NCBI GenBank assembly: GCA_963666985.2
Contig: CAXXIA010000002.1
Span: 2,400,001 to 2,464,000, forward strand
DNA length: 64,000 bases
Source of the DNA: Spirochaetia bacterium
GTDB taxonomy: Bacteria; Spirochaetota; Spirochaetia; DSM-2461
Direction of reading: 5' to 3'
The translations under genes and the position numbers were made by a program. The notes beneath the pieces were generated by a model. It saw nothing but the letters and a program-made list of their open reading frames with translations. It ran no database searches and had not been told where the DNA came from. This document shows positions 9,204-19,123 of this stretch, piece after piece; within the stretch, counting starts at the first letter, position 1; each line of letters begins with the position of its first letter.

Positions 9204-10208
9204 TTATTTCAAGGCTTTGATGTTGTTCAGTATATCTTCCACTCCCAGTTCCGCCGCGTAAGCGTCCACGACCGGCTGGGCCAAAGCGTTCATTTCCGTG
9301 TTGTCGAATTCAACCAGGGTTATTTTGCCTTCCGCGGCGAATTTCTGCAGGGTTGCCCAATCTCCGGAAGATTCGGTATCCCGCGCCCATTTCGCGGCAT
9401 CGGCTCCGGCCTTCAGAATCGCTTCCTGCAGATCCGGCGGAAAGCTCTGGAATCGCTTTTCACTGAAGCAGAAAGGACGGACGGTAATGCTGTGCTGCGT
9501 CAGGATAATGTACGGCGCCACTTCATAGAACTTTTTCGACGGCAGCGAAGAGGCTTCGTTCTCCAGTCCGTCGACAACACCGGTTTTAACCGCGTTGTAC
9601 ACTTCGCCGTAGTCCATAGGGGTTGCCTGGATTCCCGTCGCGTTGAAAACCCGGGCCTGAATGGGCGATCCCATAACGCGCATCAGAACATTGGGGAAAT
9701 CGTCGACCGAATAAACAGGATCTTTCAAAATCATGTTGCGCACGCCGCCGCCGGCATATCCGAGAATCCTTACACCCGAATCAAGAAGATTCTTTTCAAT
9801 GGGTTCGAACACGCCGCCGCTTAATCCCTTGTTCCAGTGATCAACGCTGTCCCAGAGGAAGGGGGTATCCATGAAGGCGGCCTGCTTATCCCAGGTTGAA
9901 ATCCAGGAGGGAGCCACGATGGCGTAATCAACGGAAACGCCCTGCATCATGAACTCGAAGAAATCCTTCTCTCCGCCGAGGTCTCCCGAATGATGCACCA
10001 CGACTTCAACGTCGCCGTCGTAGTAATTCTTCAGGAATTCTCCGAATTTAATCTGGGCCTGGGTATAAATGTGTTCTTCGGGCTGTTGGGTGGCCCCGAC
10101 GATGACGTACTTCTCCGCTTCACCGTCCGCTTTTCCCGATGCCGTTGCGCAGATAACCGGAATGACAAGAATCAAAATACTCAAAATGAGCTTGCCGATT
10201 GTTTTCAT
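9204..10208 (-). CDS. dctP: TRAP substrate-binding protein
   Basis: Signal peptide; LMRVMGSP with conserved Arg; EVYNAVKTGVVDGLEN; KFYEV. Confidence 0.95.
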   Translation of the reverse strand: MKTIGKLILSILILVIPVICATASGKADGEAEKYVIVGATQQPEEHIYTQAQIKFGEFLKNYYDGDVEVVVHHSGDLGGEKDFFEFMMQGVSVDYAIVAPSWISTWDKQAAFMDTPFLWDSVDHWNKGLSGGVFEPIEKNLLDSGVRILGYAGGGVRNMILKDPVYSVDDFPNVLMRVMGSPIQARVFNATGIQATPMDYGEVYNAVKTGVVDGLENEASSLPSKKFYEVAPYIILTQHSITVRPFCFSEKRFQSFPPDLQEAILKAGADAAKWARDTESSGDWATLQKFAAEGKITLVEFDNTEMNALAQPVVDAYAAELGVEDILNNIKALK

Positions 10209-10260
10209 ATTCTCTCCTTAATTTTTTTGTTTTTATATTACATCCGATGGAACCGAAGGA

Positions 10261-10995
10261 TTATTCCATAGGCGCCTCCTTGCCGCGTTCCGCGGATTTG
10301 CTTTCATGCCGGAGCGATTCGATCAGGCGTTCCCGGTGTCTGTCGATTTGTGATTTCATCTCGCTCAGAGCCGTCTCCCTCTCGCCCCGGTTCATGGCGT
10401 CCCACATGCGCCAATGAGAGGCCACGCTGTCTTCGGCGACCTTTTCGAAATCTGTTTTTTTGTCCATGCGCCGCATAACATCGATGTGGAACCTGGTTTG
10501 GGATATCAGCATCGGAATCCAGGAATTGCCGCAATTCCGATGAATGAGTTCGTGAATTCGGTAATCGCTTTTATGAAAAGCGTCGATATCGCCGTGTTTA
10601 TAATCACCTTCCGAACGGCGGATGGACGCGGCGATTTCTTCGAGAATTTCCGGCCGGCGGCGCGTCATGAAGAGATCAAGCGCAAGAACTTCGAGATTTT
10701 CGCGGATCGTTATGGTCTCTTCGACATCTTTAATGGAAATGCTGGGAATGTAGTAACCGTGCCATTGGCGTTTTTCGAGAATCCGGATGAATACAAGCTG
10801 GCCGAAGGCCTCGCGGACACTGTTCCGGCTGACTCCGAGTTCCGAGGCGATCATCATGTCCTCGACCTTTTCACCGGCTTCCCAGCGGCCCGAGAGTATT
10901 TGGCCCTTCAGGTATTCCGCGACGGCCTGAGAACGGCTGGTCCTTCCGAATCGGGCATCGGGGACGATGGTGTCCCGGCGGTCAATAAGGTCCAT
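10261..10995 (-). CDS. GntR/FCD transcriptional regulator
   Basis: IASELGVSRNSVREA HTH and D..IHELI FCD; start set to ATG 10995, overlapping the fucI stop. Confidence 0.9.
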   Translation of the reverse strand: MDLIDRRDTIVPDARFGRTSRSQAVAEYLKGQILSGRWEAGEKVEDMMIASELGVSRNSVREAFGQLVFIRILEKRQWHGYYIPSISIKDVEETITIRENLEVLALDLFMTRRRPEILEEIAASIRRSEGDYKHGDIDAFHKSDYRIHELIHRNCGNSWIPMLISQTRFHIDVMRRMDKKTDFEKVAEDSVASHWRMWDAMNRGERETALSEMKSQIDRHRERLIESLRHESKSAERGKEAPME

Positions 10996-12769
10996 ACAAA
11001 GGGCCCAGCGCCCGGCAGGCCAGGTGGTCGGAGGCGATCGAATCGACATTCCCGAGATGATCCCAAAAAGTCGGACGGAAAACGCGTTCTTCCGGAACGT
11101 TGTGCATGGACACGGGGATGCGCAGCAGGGACGCCAGAGTCATCAAATCGTCTCCTCTGTGTCCGAAGCAGAGCACCGCATGATTACTGTTCCAGTGTTT
11201 CATTACGGCGTAAACGTCTCGAAACGGTCCTTTCCCGGTTATCCGCGGAGCGAAGAATGTTTTTGGCCAGGTTGGGTCGGTCCGTCCGACCGCGCTTGCG
11301 TAGAGTTCGGAAGGAAGATCCAGACTCCATCCCTCGGCGAGCTGCAGAACAGGGCCGACTCCTTTGACGATATTGATGCGGAGCATGGTGAAGGGCAGGC
11401 CGCCCCGAGTCGTAAACGCGGAACTGAATCCGCCGCCCCTGAAAGTCCAAAGCTTGGCCGCTCCCCATTGAGCATCTTCAAGGCAGGCCTTTGCATCGTT
11501 TTCCGTGAAGTCCCAGAACGGCACCATCCCATGTTCATCCCCGCGAACCGCCGCGCAGCTTCCGTCGAGCGCGGCCGATCCTGAGTTCGTTAGATAAATA
11601 AATCCGTTATTCAGCGGCGATGATGAATCCGGCTCATATCCGGAGATTCTTTCAATGGAGCACGGGCTCCAGTAGGTGCGGACATCGGCGAAAATGGGCG
11701 AGGTTCCCGTCAGAAGATTTGTAAAAAGCATCCCGACGGCGTTCAGATGATCGTTTTCCGTTGCAACGATGTATTGGGGACGAATTCCGTTCCAGTCGAA
11801 AGGACTGTTGAGGACGGCTTCGGCCACATCGGCTGTTATGTGAAAATCCGTCCATTGCCGCTGCCCCTGGAATCCCGCGGCCAAGGCGTATTTCCCGTCG
11901 CTTTCCTCCCGGAATCCGGAATCGGCCAGTTTTTCGTTTCCGGCCATCAAATCTTTAATAATGAGCGCTATCTTCAGGGAATCGGTCCAGTCCGATTTCT
12001 TATCGTGTTCCGAGCGGCGCTTGCCCTCGGCGTTCGGATCATTCATTTCCTTAAAATGGTTCATAGCCCAGGCTTCGGCCTTCTCGAGTTCCTTCGTATC
12101 GAGAATGCCTCTTTCCATCCGCCGCTGCATTTCACTCATATCCACGTATTCGTAACGCATGCCCAGATAGGCTCTGAGGAAGGAATCATCAACCTTGGAA
12201 CTGGCGATTCCCATGCTGACGCCGCCGATGGACAGATAGGCGGTATCCCGCATGGCATCAGCGGCCGCCGAAGCGCGGACGAAGCGGAGAATCTCTCCGG
12301 CCACATCGTCCGGCACACTATCATCGCCGATATCCTGAATGTCCCGGCCGTAGATTTTGAAAATGGGAACGCCGATCTGATCGTGAGCGGACGTCAAGGC
12401 CGCCAGGTAGACGGCGCCCGGACGTTCGGTGCCGTTGAAGCCCCAAACCGCATGCGGAACAAGCGGATCCTGGTCCATTGTTTCAAAGGGATAGCACCAG
12501 CTCGGCGTTACCGTGATGGTGCAGCAGACGCCTTCCTTTCGGAAACGGCGATCGACGGCCGCGGCCTCGCGGTTGCCTCCGATTGTATTCTCGGGAACGA
12601 TGCATCGAACGAAAGAACCGTCGGCCGCTCGGAGCGTTGCGCTGATTAATTCGGCCAGGCTGCGGGCCAGGGAAAGCGTTTTTCCTTCCAGGGCCTCGCG
12701 CACGCCGTTTCGTCTGGCATCGATGGTAGGTCTTATTCCTACAACGGCGGGTCTGCGGGCGGGATTCAT
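10982..12769 (-). CDS. fucI: L-fucose/D-arabinose isomerase family protein
   Basis: GIRPTIDARRNGVRE, WCY..ETMD, GFNGTERPGAVYLAA, FQGQRQWTD, ATEND, FADVRTYWSP. Confidence 0.93.
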   Translation of the reverse strand: MNPARRPAVVGIRPTIDARRNGVREALEGKTLSLARSLAELISATLRAADGSFVRCIVPENTIGGNREAAAVDRRFRKEGVCCTITVTPSWCYPFETMDQDPLVPHAVWGFNGTERPGAVYLAALTSAHDQIGVPIFKIYGRDIQDIGDDSVPDDVAGEILRFVRASAAADAMRDTAYLSIGGVSMGIASSKVDDSFLRAYLGMRYEYVDMSEMQRRMERGILDTKELEKAEAWAMNHFKEMNDPNAEGKRRSEHDKKSDWTDSLKIALIIKDLMAGNEKLADSGFREESDGKYALAAGFQGQRQWTDFHITADVAEAVLNSPFDWNGIRPQYIVATENDHLNAVGMLFTNLLTGTSPIFADVRTYWSPCSIERISGYEPDSSSPLNNGFIYLTNSGSAALDGSCAAVRGDEHGMVPFWDFTENDAKACLEDAQWGAAKLWTFRGGGFSSAFTTRGGLPFTMLRINIVKGVGPVLQLAEGWSLDLPSELYASAVGRTDPTWPKTFFAPRITGKGPFRDVYAVMKHWNSNHAVLCFGHRGDDLMTLASLLRIPVSMHNVPEERVFRPTFWDHLGNVDSIASDHLACRALGPLYGPY

Positions 12770-13626
12770 TTCGAACCGCCTTCGGCGGCTTGATAGCCCG
12801 GAATGTTTTGCTGAAGCCAGCGGAGGCTTCTGAGTGCGGCCGCATCCGGATCGACGGTGTAGGAGAATCCCAGCTCTACCGTTAAGGCTCCTTTGTATCC
12901 GCTGTCCGCGAGGTTTGCGAGGAAGGGATTGAAATCGATTCGACCTTCTCCGGGAACCAGATGATCGTCCGTTGTTCCCAGATTATCATCAATGTGATAA
13001 TGCACCGGGCATTCCGATAAAAGGCTGGGAATCGCGGAAAGAGGTTCCCTGTTGATGCTGCAGTGGCCGGTATCCACGACAAGACCGATATCGGGAGTTC
13101 CTTCCATGTCGCGGAACAGCCTGAACGCGTCGTCCACCGTGGCGACAAGGTCGGTCTCCCAGCGGTTGGCCGGTTCCAGCATGATTGTCGGTGAATCGGA
13201 TTCGGCATTGCCCGCGAACCGTACGAGTTCGTTCAGGCTTTTTATCAGGGCTTCCCATGAAACCTCCCAGCCGAGATCAACATGGCAGAATCCGGGGCAA
13301 ACGCTGACATAAGGAGCGTTTACGGCCGCGGCGGCTTCAAAGTTCCGTTTGATATAGTCGACGCTTTTTAGTCTCATCTCCTCAATGGGAGAGGCGAGGT
13401 TGGTGGGATAGCGAAACTGAGCCGGAATCCAGGCGGAAACCGTAAGCCCGGTTTCCTTCAGCGTGTCATTGAGTTCCGCCAGTGTCTTTGTATTCATATC
13501 TTCCCAATAGGCGTGAGGGCGGCCGCCCCATATCTCGACTTGGTCGTACCCCATTTTCGCGTACCGTCTGACGGCTTCATTGAGCGAGAACCGATAATGG
13601 ACAAAGGATGATATGCTCGTTTTCAT
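12766..13626 (-). CDS. ketose 3-epimerase, FrlC-like TIM barrel
   Basis: EIWGGRPHAY N-terminus as in FrlC; metal motifs LEP..RWE, DTGH, HIDD, DHLVPGEG, TVEL. Confidence 0.8.
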   Translation of the reverse strand: MKTSISSFVHYRFSLNEAVRRYAKMGYDQVEIWGGRPHAYWEDMNTKTLAELNDTLKETGLTVSAWIPAQFRYPTNLASPIEEMRLKSVDYIKRNFEAAAAVNAPYVSVCPGFCHVDLGWEVSWEALIKSLNELVRFAGNAESDSPTIMLEPANRWETDLVATVDDAFRLFRDMEGTPDIGLVVDTGHCSINREPLSAIPSLLSECPVHYHIDDNLGTTDDHLVPGEGRIDFNPFLANLADSGYKGALTVELGFSYTVDPDAAALRSLRWLQQNIPGYQAAEGGSK

Positions 13627-13793
13627 GGGCTCCAGGATAAATGAGAATTGTTTAAACTACAAATTTAAAATTTAAAGTTTAGATATTTTTAACATTAATC
13701 TAACAAATTATCGACAGCTCATGGTTTTGAGGCGATTAAATCAAAAATCTTAACCCATGGACGCTTGTTCAGGTCGTGATTATCCTATGAGTC

Positions 13794-14477
13794 ATGAATG
13801 AAAGCCCTTCGATTATTCCGTTCGCCAAGTCGAGTCGGGGAGAAACGATATCGGATTACGTTAAGGAATGCATTATCAACGGGCTCTGGAAACCCGGTGA
13901 GCGTATCGACGATCAGGAACTTGCGAAGCAGATCGGCGTAAGCCGATTGACGGTACGGGAAGCTCTTTCCCGGCTTGTGGAGAACAGAGTACTCACTCAA
14001 GTTCATTGGCGCGGATTTTATGTTCGAACACTTTCCTGGGAGGAAATCGTCTCCATCGTTGAAATGCGGGAAATGCTTGAAGTCCTGGCTTTGGAAAAAT
14101 TCATGAAGAATGTCGACGACCGCTTACTCAAAGAACTTGAGAAATCGATAACCACTTCGGCCAAGGATTTGGAATCCGACGACCGCGAAGGCTTTTTTAC
14201 CAGTGATTTTCGATTTCATGAGGTTCTCTATATGAACTCGGGGAATGAGTGGGTTATCCATTTCTCCAAGCAGATTATGTTTTTTATCGATTTGCTGAGA
14301 ATTATGGACAAAAAGACGAATTTTCATGAAATCGCGGAAGCCAGCGTCGTGGAACATACGGCTCTTTATAAAGTGATCTGCAGCGGAGATTTGATTCAAG
14401 CCGTCGAGATGATGCGGGAACATATCGCACGATTCCTGGAGAGGCTTAGGACTTCATACGAAACCGCGGCGCAGTGA
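13794..14477 (+). CDS. GntR/FCD transcriptional regulator
   Basis: LAKQIGVSRLTVREAL HTH, DFRFHEVL. Confidence 0.93.
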   Translation: MNESPSIIPFAKSSRGETISDYVKECIINGLWKPGERIDDQELAKQIGVSRLTVREALSRLVENRVLTQVHWRGFYVRTLSWEEIVSIVEMREMLEVLALEKFMKNVDDRLLKELEKSITTSAKDLESDDREGFFTSDFRFHEVLYMNSGNEWVIHFSKQIMFFIDLLRIMDKKTNFHEIAEASVVEHTALYKVICSGDLIQAVEMMREHIARFLERLRTSYETAAQ

Positions 14478-14554
14478 TGTTTTTTTAGAGAACCGGGTGT
14501 GCGTGCGGGAACAGCCTCAAACAGCTTTCGGGCAAGAGGCGGCCTTAAAGGTTT

Positions 14555-15238
14555 TCACAAACCGGATTCTTCCATTATCCAGCCGTTGCGCTGGGCCAGC
14601 AGCGCCGCTTGGGTTCTGTCCCGCAAGTCGAGCGCCGCGAGAATCCCCGAGATGTAATTTTTAACGGTTCCTTCCGAGAGACAGACCTCGTCGGCGATTT
14701 CCCGATTGGTATCGCCTCGGGCCAGGCATTTCAGGATATCCCGTTCCTTGCCGCTTAAACCGTCCCAAAGGGCCTGATGTTCGGGAGTTACGGAAGGCCC
14801 GGATTGTCCGATACCGGAATCCAGACGTTCGGCCATGATTCCCAGAATCCCCGGCGCCATAACGCCGGAGCCTCCCATGGCCACACGGACGGCCTTGGCC
14901 AATTCGTCGGTGGGAATGTCTTTCATCAGATAACCCACGGCCCCGGCCTTCAAGGATTTAACAACGTATTCTTCATCATCGAATGTGGTGAGCATCACCA
15001 CTTTTATTTCCGGCATTTCTTCTTTAAGACGTTCGGCGGCCGCGATACCGTCCAGAACGGGCATGCGGATGTCCATAAGAACCAGATCCGGCCGGAGCTG
15101 TCTTGCATACATTACGGCCTCCCGGCCGTTTTCCGCCGTTTCGATCACCTCGATGCCTTCCTGCAGGGCTAGAAGCGAAGCAATCCCTTCCCGAACCAAT
15201 CTCTGATCGTCCACGACGAGAACCCGGATATCCTTCAT
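14555..15238 (-). CDS. NarL/LuxR-family response regulator
   Basis: VVDD, LMDIRMP, LTTFD; HTH TNREIA...LSEGTVKNY. Confidence 0.96.
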   Translation of the reverse strand: MKDIRVLVVDDQRLVREGIASLLALQEGIEVIETAENGREAVMYARQLRPDLVLMDIRMPVLDGIAAAERLKEEMPEIKVVMLTTFDDEEYVVKSLKAGAVGYLMKDIPTDELAKAVRVAMGGSGVMAPGILGIMAERLDSGIGQSGPSVTPEHQALWDGLSGKERDILKCLARGDTNREIADEVCLSEGTVKNYISGILAALDLRDRTQAALLAQRNGWIMEESGL

Positions 15239-15241
15239 TGT

Positions 15242-16537
15242 TCAATCCCGGCCTATAAGGGCCACCGGATCTCGGGGTGCCACGGCGCATAGGCTCGTTC
15301 CCTCTCCCGGTTTGGAAGCAATCGTCATCACTCCCCGAACCAGTTCCAGCCGTCCGCGGAGACCGCGAAGTCCGTATCCGCTTTGTTTTTTTTCGGAGTC
15401 TTCCTCGGGAACGGAGAATCCGATACCGTCATCGGTGAGTTCCACCCGCGCCTCCGTAGGTCCCAATTCCACGATCAGCGAAGCCTTGGAGGCTTCGGCA
15501 TGCTTCAAAATGTTGGTAACGCCTTCCTGAACGAAACGAAAAAGTCCCATTAATACCGAATAATTATAACCGTCTTCGCTGCCCGTGTATCGATATTCCA
15601 CTTGAAGGCCGCCGTCTTCCAGGAGTTTTACCAGACGGGGCAGACCTGTTGCCAGTGAAACGGCGGCATCCACACCGTTGATGCGTCCGAGAGATTCACG
15701 GATATCTTTCATGGCGTCTTCGGCGGTTGTTCTGGCCGCCTTGACCGCCGTCATTGATTCATCCGCGTCGACATCGCGATAGGCCTCGGCCTTGGAAAGC
15801 TGGATTTTTATCGCCGTGAGCGCATGTCCCAGGCTGTCGTGAATATCCCTGGCCAATCGGGTCCGCTCTTCCAAGGCCACGGTATGCGCCACGCGATCGG
15901 CGTATTCCCGCAGCCGTGCTTCGGATGCCTTGAGCCGCTCCATGAGCCGCTTGTTTTCTTCGGATTTTTTTCTTTCGGCGGATAAAAGCCCGGCCAGGAC
16001 ATAGAAGAAGAGAATGGCGAGTGTTCTGTATGTCAGAAATCCCAGAACGTTGGTATCCCAATGAGAAGTATCTCTGGCGATGAATTCAAATCCTATGGGT
16101 ATGGCGAGAGATAGAATCAGGATGAAAAGGCTGAGACTTCGGGAAAAGGCGAAATGAGCATAAAAGGGAATAAGGCTTAAAAGCATAAAAGTCTGTGAAG
16201 GCATGGCGAACTGAATATATTTTGAGCCGACCGGACCGATGAACCGATTAACCAAAGGAAGTCCGATATAGGGTATGGCCAGAATCAGCAGCCGAAGGCC
16301 GAACAGCAGTCGGGAAAGAGCCGTATCCTTAAAATGATAGGAACGATGGGTATATTCAAAGATTTCCAGAGCCAGATAAAGAATACTTATTAAGAGGGTG
16401 AGAAAGAACATAATCGTATCGGCCCTTGAGGAAGAGAAATCTCTTCTTCGTGAGAAGAGAAATCCCGGAGCCATAAAGAGAAAATAGAGAAGAACCGTAA
16501 CGAGACGGATGGAGTCTTGAGTGTTTCGGCGATTCAC
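15242..16537 (-). CDS. HisKA_3 membrane sensor histidine kinase
   Basis: ERTRLARDIHDSLGH, QEGVTNILKHA, DDGIGF, GYGLRG; N-terminal TM segments. Confidence 0.95.
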   Translation of the reverse strand: MNRRNTQDSIRLVTVLLYFLFMAPGFLFSRRRDFSSSRADTIMFFLTLLISILYLALEIFEYTHRSYHFKDTALSRLLFGLRLLILAIPYIGLPLVNRFIGPVGSKYIQFAMPSQTFMLLSLIPFYAHFAFSRSLSLFILILSLAIPIGFEFIARDTSHWDTNVLGFLTYRTLAILFFYVLAGLLSAERKKSEENKRLMERLKASEARLREYADRVAHTVALEERTRLARDIHDSLGHALTAIKIQLSKAEAYRDVDADESMTAVKAARTTAEDAMKDIRESLGRINGVDAAVSLATGLPRLVKLLEDGGLQVEYRYTGSEDGYNYSVLMGLFRFVQEGVTNILKHAEASKASLIVELGPTEARVELTDDGIGFSVPEEDSEKKQSGYGLRGLRGRLELVRGVMTIASKPGEGTSLCAVAPRDPVALIGRD

Positions 16538-16610
16538 CGAAAAACCTCCTGTATCTTTAAGTCTATCAATCGTACGGAAAGGCGCACAGGCCCGAGATCA
16601 TGGATTTGTA

Positions 16611-16644
16611 TGACTCCGGTCACATTCCCCAATGACCCCGGTCA
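16611..16644. promoter_or_regulatory. paired TGAC-N4-GTCA palindromes (candidate response-regulator sites)
   Basis: TGACTCCGGTCA at 16611-16622 and TGACCCCGGTCA at 16633-16644, starts 22 bp apart. Confidence 0.6.
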
Positions 16645-16726
16645 GTCATATTCCTGTCCGCGGACACTGGGGTTTTACCCAAGAAATGGGAATATTAGTA
16701 TCATGACTCCACAGAGGAGAAGAAAT

Positions 16727-18034
16727 ATGAAGCGGATTTTGATGATATCGGTTCTGAGCGCGATTTTCGCGCTGTCCGGATGGGCCGATTCCATAACGCT
16801 TGATTTATCCACATGTATCGACTTGGCGCTGAAGAACAATTCGGATTTCAAAATTTCCGGAATCGAACTGGAAACCGCCGAGAGGGCGGAAAAGTATTCC
16901 TGGAATCAATTTCTTCCGAGTTTGAGCGCGAGCACCAGCCTCAGTGCCGGTTCCACTCTTTTTTCTTCGGCCGGAAGCGGCGATACATCCTGGAGCTTTG
17001 GTGCTTCCGTCAGTGCCTCTTTACCGATTAACGCATCACTGACGTATTCCATTCGCGAGATTGCTTTGGCCTATGAAAGCGAAGAAATCTCGTACGAAAC
17101 GGCCAGATTGAATCTGGTTGCATCCGTTGAGCAGGAATTCGCTTATCTGGTGGCCTCGGCGGCCGGCATGGACATTGAAAAAGGCAATTTGGATTTGGCT
17201 AAAAAGAGGTATGAACAGACCATGACGAATTTTTCTCATGGACTGGCCTCGGAGCTTGAAGTTCTTCAAGCCAAGGTTACAGCCGCCAATCTGGAGCCGA
17301 CGTATTTGGAAACGGTTTCCGATTACAAAACGCAGGTTCGTGAATTTCTTCTTGTTCTGGGGCTCGATCCTGAAACGGAAGTCGTTCTGGATGGAAATCT
17401 GGAGCCTGAAATTGTTGAATTTGATGTCAACGATCTGATTGCCGGAAGACTTGAGGAGCGTCAGGATATCAAAGAGCTGCGTCTTGCGCTGGAAACCCTG
17501 CGGAACGGCCGGAGCTTAACGGCGGCCGACGGACTTACTCCTTCGCTGAGTCTGTCTTTGAACTGGAATACGAGTGTATCCGATGCCTTTGATTCTGCTT
17601 CCTGGCAGTCCGGAAGCTGGGAGGACGGCCTCAGTGCCGGAATCGGACTTTCCATTCCTCTTGACGGATATATCCCCGGTTCCGAAACATCCCTTTCCCT
17701 GAAGGAAATCGATGATGAAATTGAAGCCGCTTCCATTAACTTGGCTCAGGCAATCAGCGAAGCCCGTTTGGAGATTCTCAATCTCGTCGAGCAGCTGAAA
17801 ACAGCCGCGGCGAGCATGGAGCTTTCCGAGCTGAATGTTGAACTGGCGAAAAAATCTTACGAAATGAGTGAAGAAAGCTTTTCACGGGGAACCGTACAGC
17901 GGCTGGATGTGGAAGACGCCCAGCAGGAGTATTCCTCGGCCAAACAGCAGTATCTCTTGAGTCAATATACGTATATTTCGGGACTGATCGACTTGAGAGT
18001 GGCCCTTGGTCTCGATGATTGGAAAAATCTTTAA
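16727..18034 (+). CDS. TolC-family outer membrane efflux channel
   Basis: Start moved to ATG 16727 (GAGGAG RBS, signal peptide); LALKNN, LPSLS, F..GLASELEVLQA repeats. Confidence 0.9.
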   Translation: MKRILMISVLSAIFALSGWADSITLDLSTCIDLALKNNSDFKISGIELETAERAEKYSWNQFLPSLSASTSLSAGSTLFSSAGSGDTSWSFGASVSASLPINASLTYSIREIALAYESEEISYETARLNLVASVEQEFAYLVASAAGMDIEKGNLDLAKKRYEQTMTNFSHGLASELEVLQAKVTAANLEPTYLETVSDYKTQVREFLLVLGLDPETEVVLDGNLEPEIVEFDVNDLIAGRLEERQDIKELRLALETLRNGRSLTAADGLTPSLSLSLNWNTSVSDAFDSASWQSGSWEDGLSAGIGLSIPLDGYIPGSETSLSLKEIDDEIEAASINLAQAISEARLEILNLVEQLKTAAASMELSELNVELAKKSYEMSEESFSRGTVQRLDVEDAQQEYSSAKQQYLLSQYTYISGLIDLRVALGLDDWKNL

Positions 18035-18133
18035 GAATCGGGATTCCCATACGAGCTGAGAGTTGATTTTGGCGGCAATTTATTCCCGCCAATCCGCGGC
18101 GCTGCCGTGGAATAAGATAAGGAGACAAGAAAC

Positions 18134-19114
18134 ATGACCCGCAATGAAAATACGGAATCTTCACAGGCGGTCGGCCGGGGGGACAGAATTGTCCAGATTG
18201 TCCTGCTGGTTCTTATTACCGCTGGAATTATTGGAATCCTTTTGATGATGAAAGGCGGAAATGAAGGCGGCAGCGCCGGACCCGGCGGCTCCGGAGGTTT
18301 CCCAGGCGCTTCCGCATCGGCGGAAACGGAAAAGGTGTCGAGGATTCGGGTTGTTGAAGCGTCTCTCGGAAGTGTCCGGGAACATATCCGGGTGAACGGG
18401 GATGTGGACGCCGAATCTTCGGTGAACATTTATCCCGATACTTCCGGAAAGCTTATTTCCGTTTCCGTATCTCCGGGCGACAGCGTCCGGCGCGGTCAGA
18501 CCATCGCGGTGGTGGACCCATCGCTTCCGGGGCAGGTGTACGGACCAAGCGCCGTAACCGCGACGATTAAAGGTACGGTTACCGCGGTAAACATCGATGT
18601 CGGTGAAACAGTCGGAACATCCACTTCGATTGCCGTTATAGGCGATTTATCAACTCTCCAGATTGTTACTTATGTACCGGAACGTTTTGTCGGTTCCGTT
18701 TCTCTCGGTATGGAAGCCGAGGTGGTGCTGGACGCCTATCCGGATAAAGTCTTTCGGGCCCGGGTGACTGAAATCAGCCCCGTTCTTGACTTGACATCGC
18801 GGTCCCAGAAAATCGTTTTGGATATTCTGGATGCCGATTCCCGCGTGAAGGCGGGTATGTTTGTGAGTACCCGTATCGTGGTGAAAGAGGCCGTTGACGT
18901 CGTGACCGTCCCTCCGGCGGCTTTGACAACGTACTACGATAAAGATGTGGTATTCGTGGTTAACGATGATGTGGCGGAACGTCGTGAAGTAACAGTCGGG
19001 CTTTCTTCTTCGGATGCCGTTCAGATATTAGAGGGGCTTTCTCTTGGAGAGACCGTGATTGTTCAGGGGCTGTCGGGAGTTGCCGACGGATCTCATGTGC
19101 GGATTATTGATTAG
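18134..19114 (+). CDS. RND periplasmic adaptor (MFP), hairpin-less BesA type
   Basis: TM anchor, lipoyl halves separated by only a few residues, VPE, I..ISP..D..SR, GMF. Confidence 0.9.
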   Translation: MTRNENTESSQAVGRGDRIVQIVLLVLITAGIIGILLMMKGGNEGGSAGPGGSGGFPGASASAETEKVSRIRVVEASLGSVREHIRVNGDVDAESSVNIYPDTSGKLISVSVSPGDSVRRGQTIAVVDPSLPGQVYGPSAVTATIKGTVTAVNIDVGETVGTSTSIAVIGDLSTLQIVTYVPERFVGSVSLGMEAEVVLDAYPDKVFRARVTEISPVLDLTSRSQKIVLDILDADSRVKAGMFVSTRIVVKEAVDVVTVPPAALTTYYDKDVVFVVNDDVAERREVTVGLSSSDAVQILEGLSLGETVIVQGLSGVADGSHVRIID

Positions 19115-19123
19115 GGGGAGCCG

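Noticed and set aside
16517..16726. N-terminal extension of TolC
   Set aside because: It covers the promoter region; the RBS and signal peptide point to 16727
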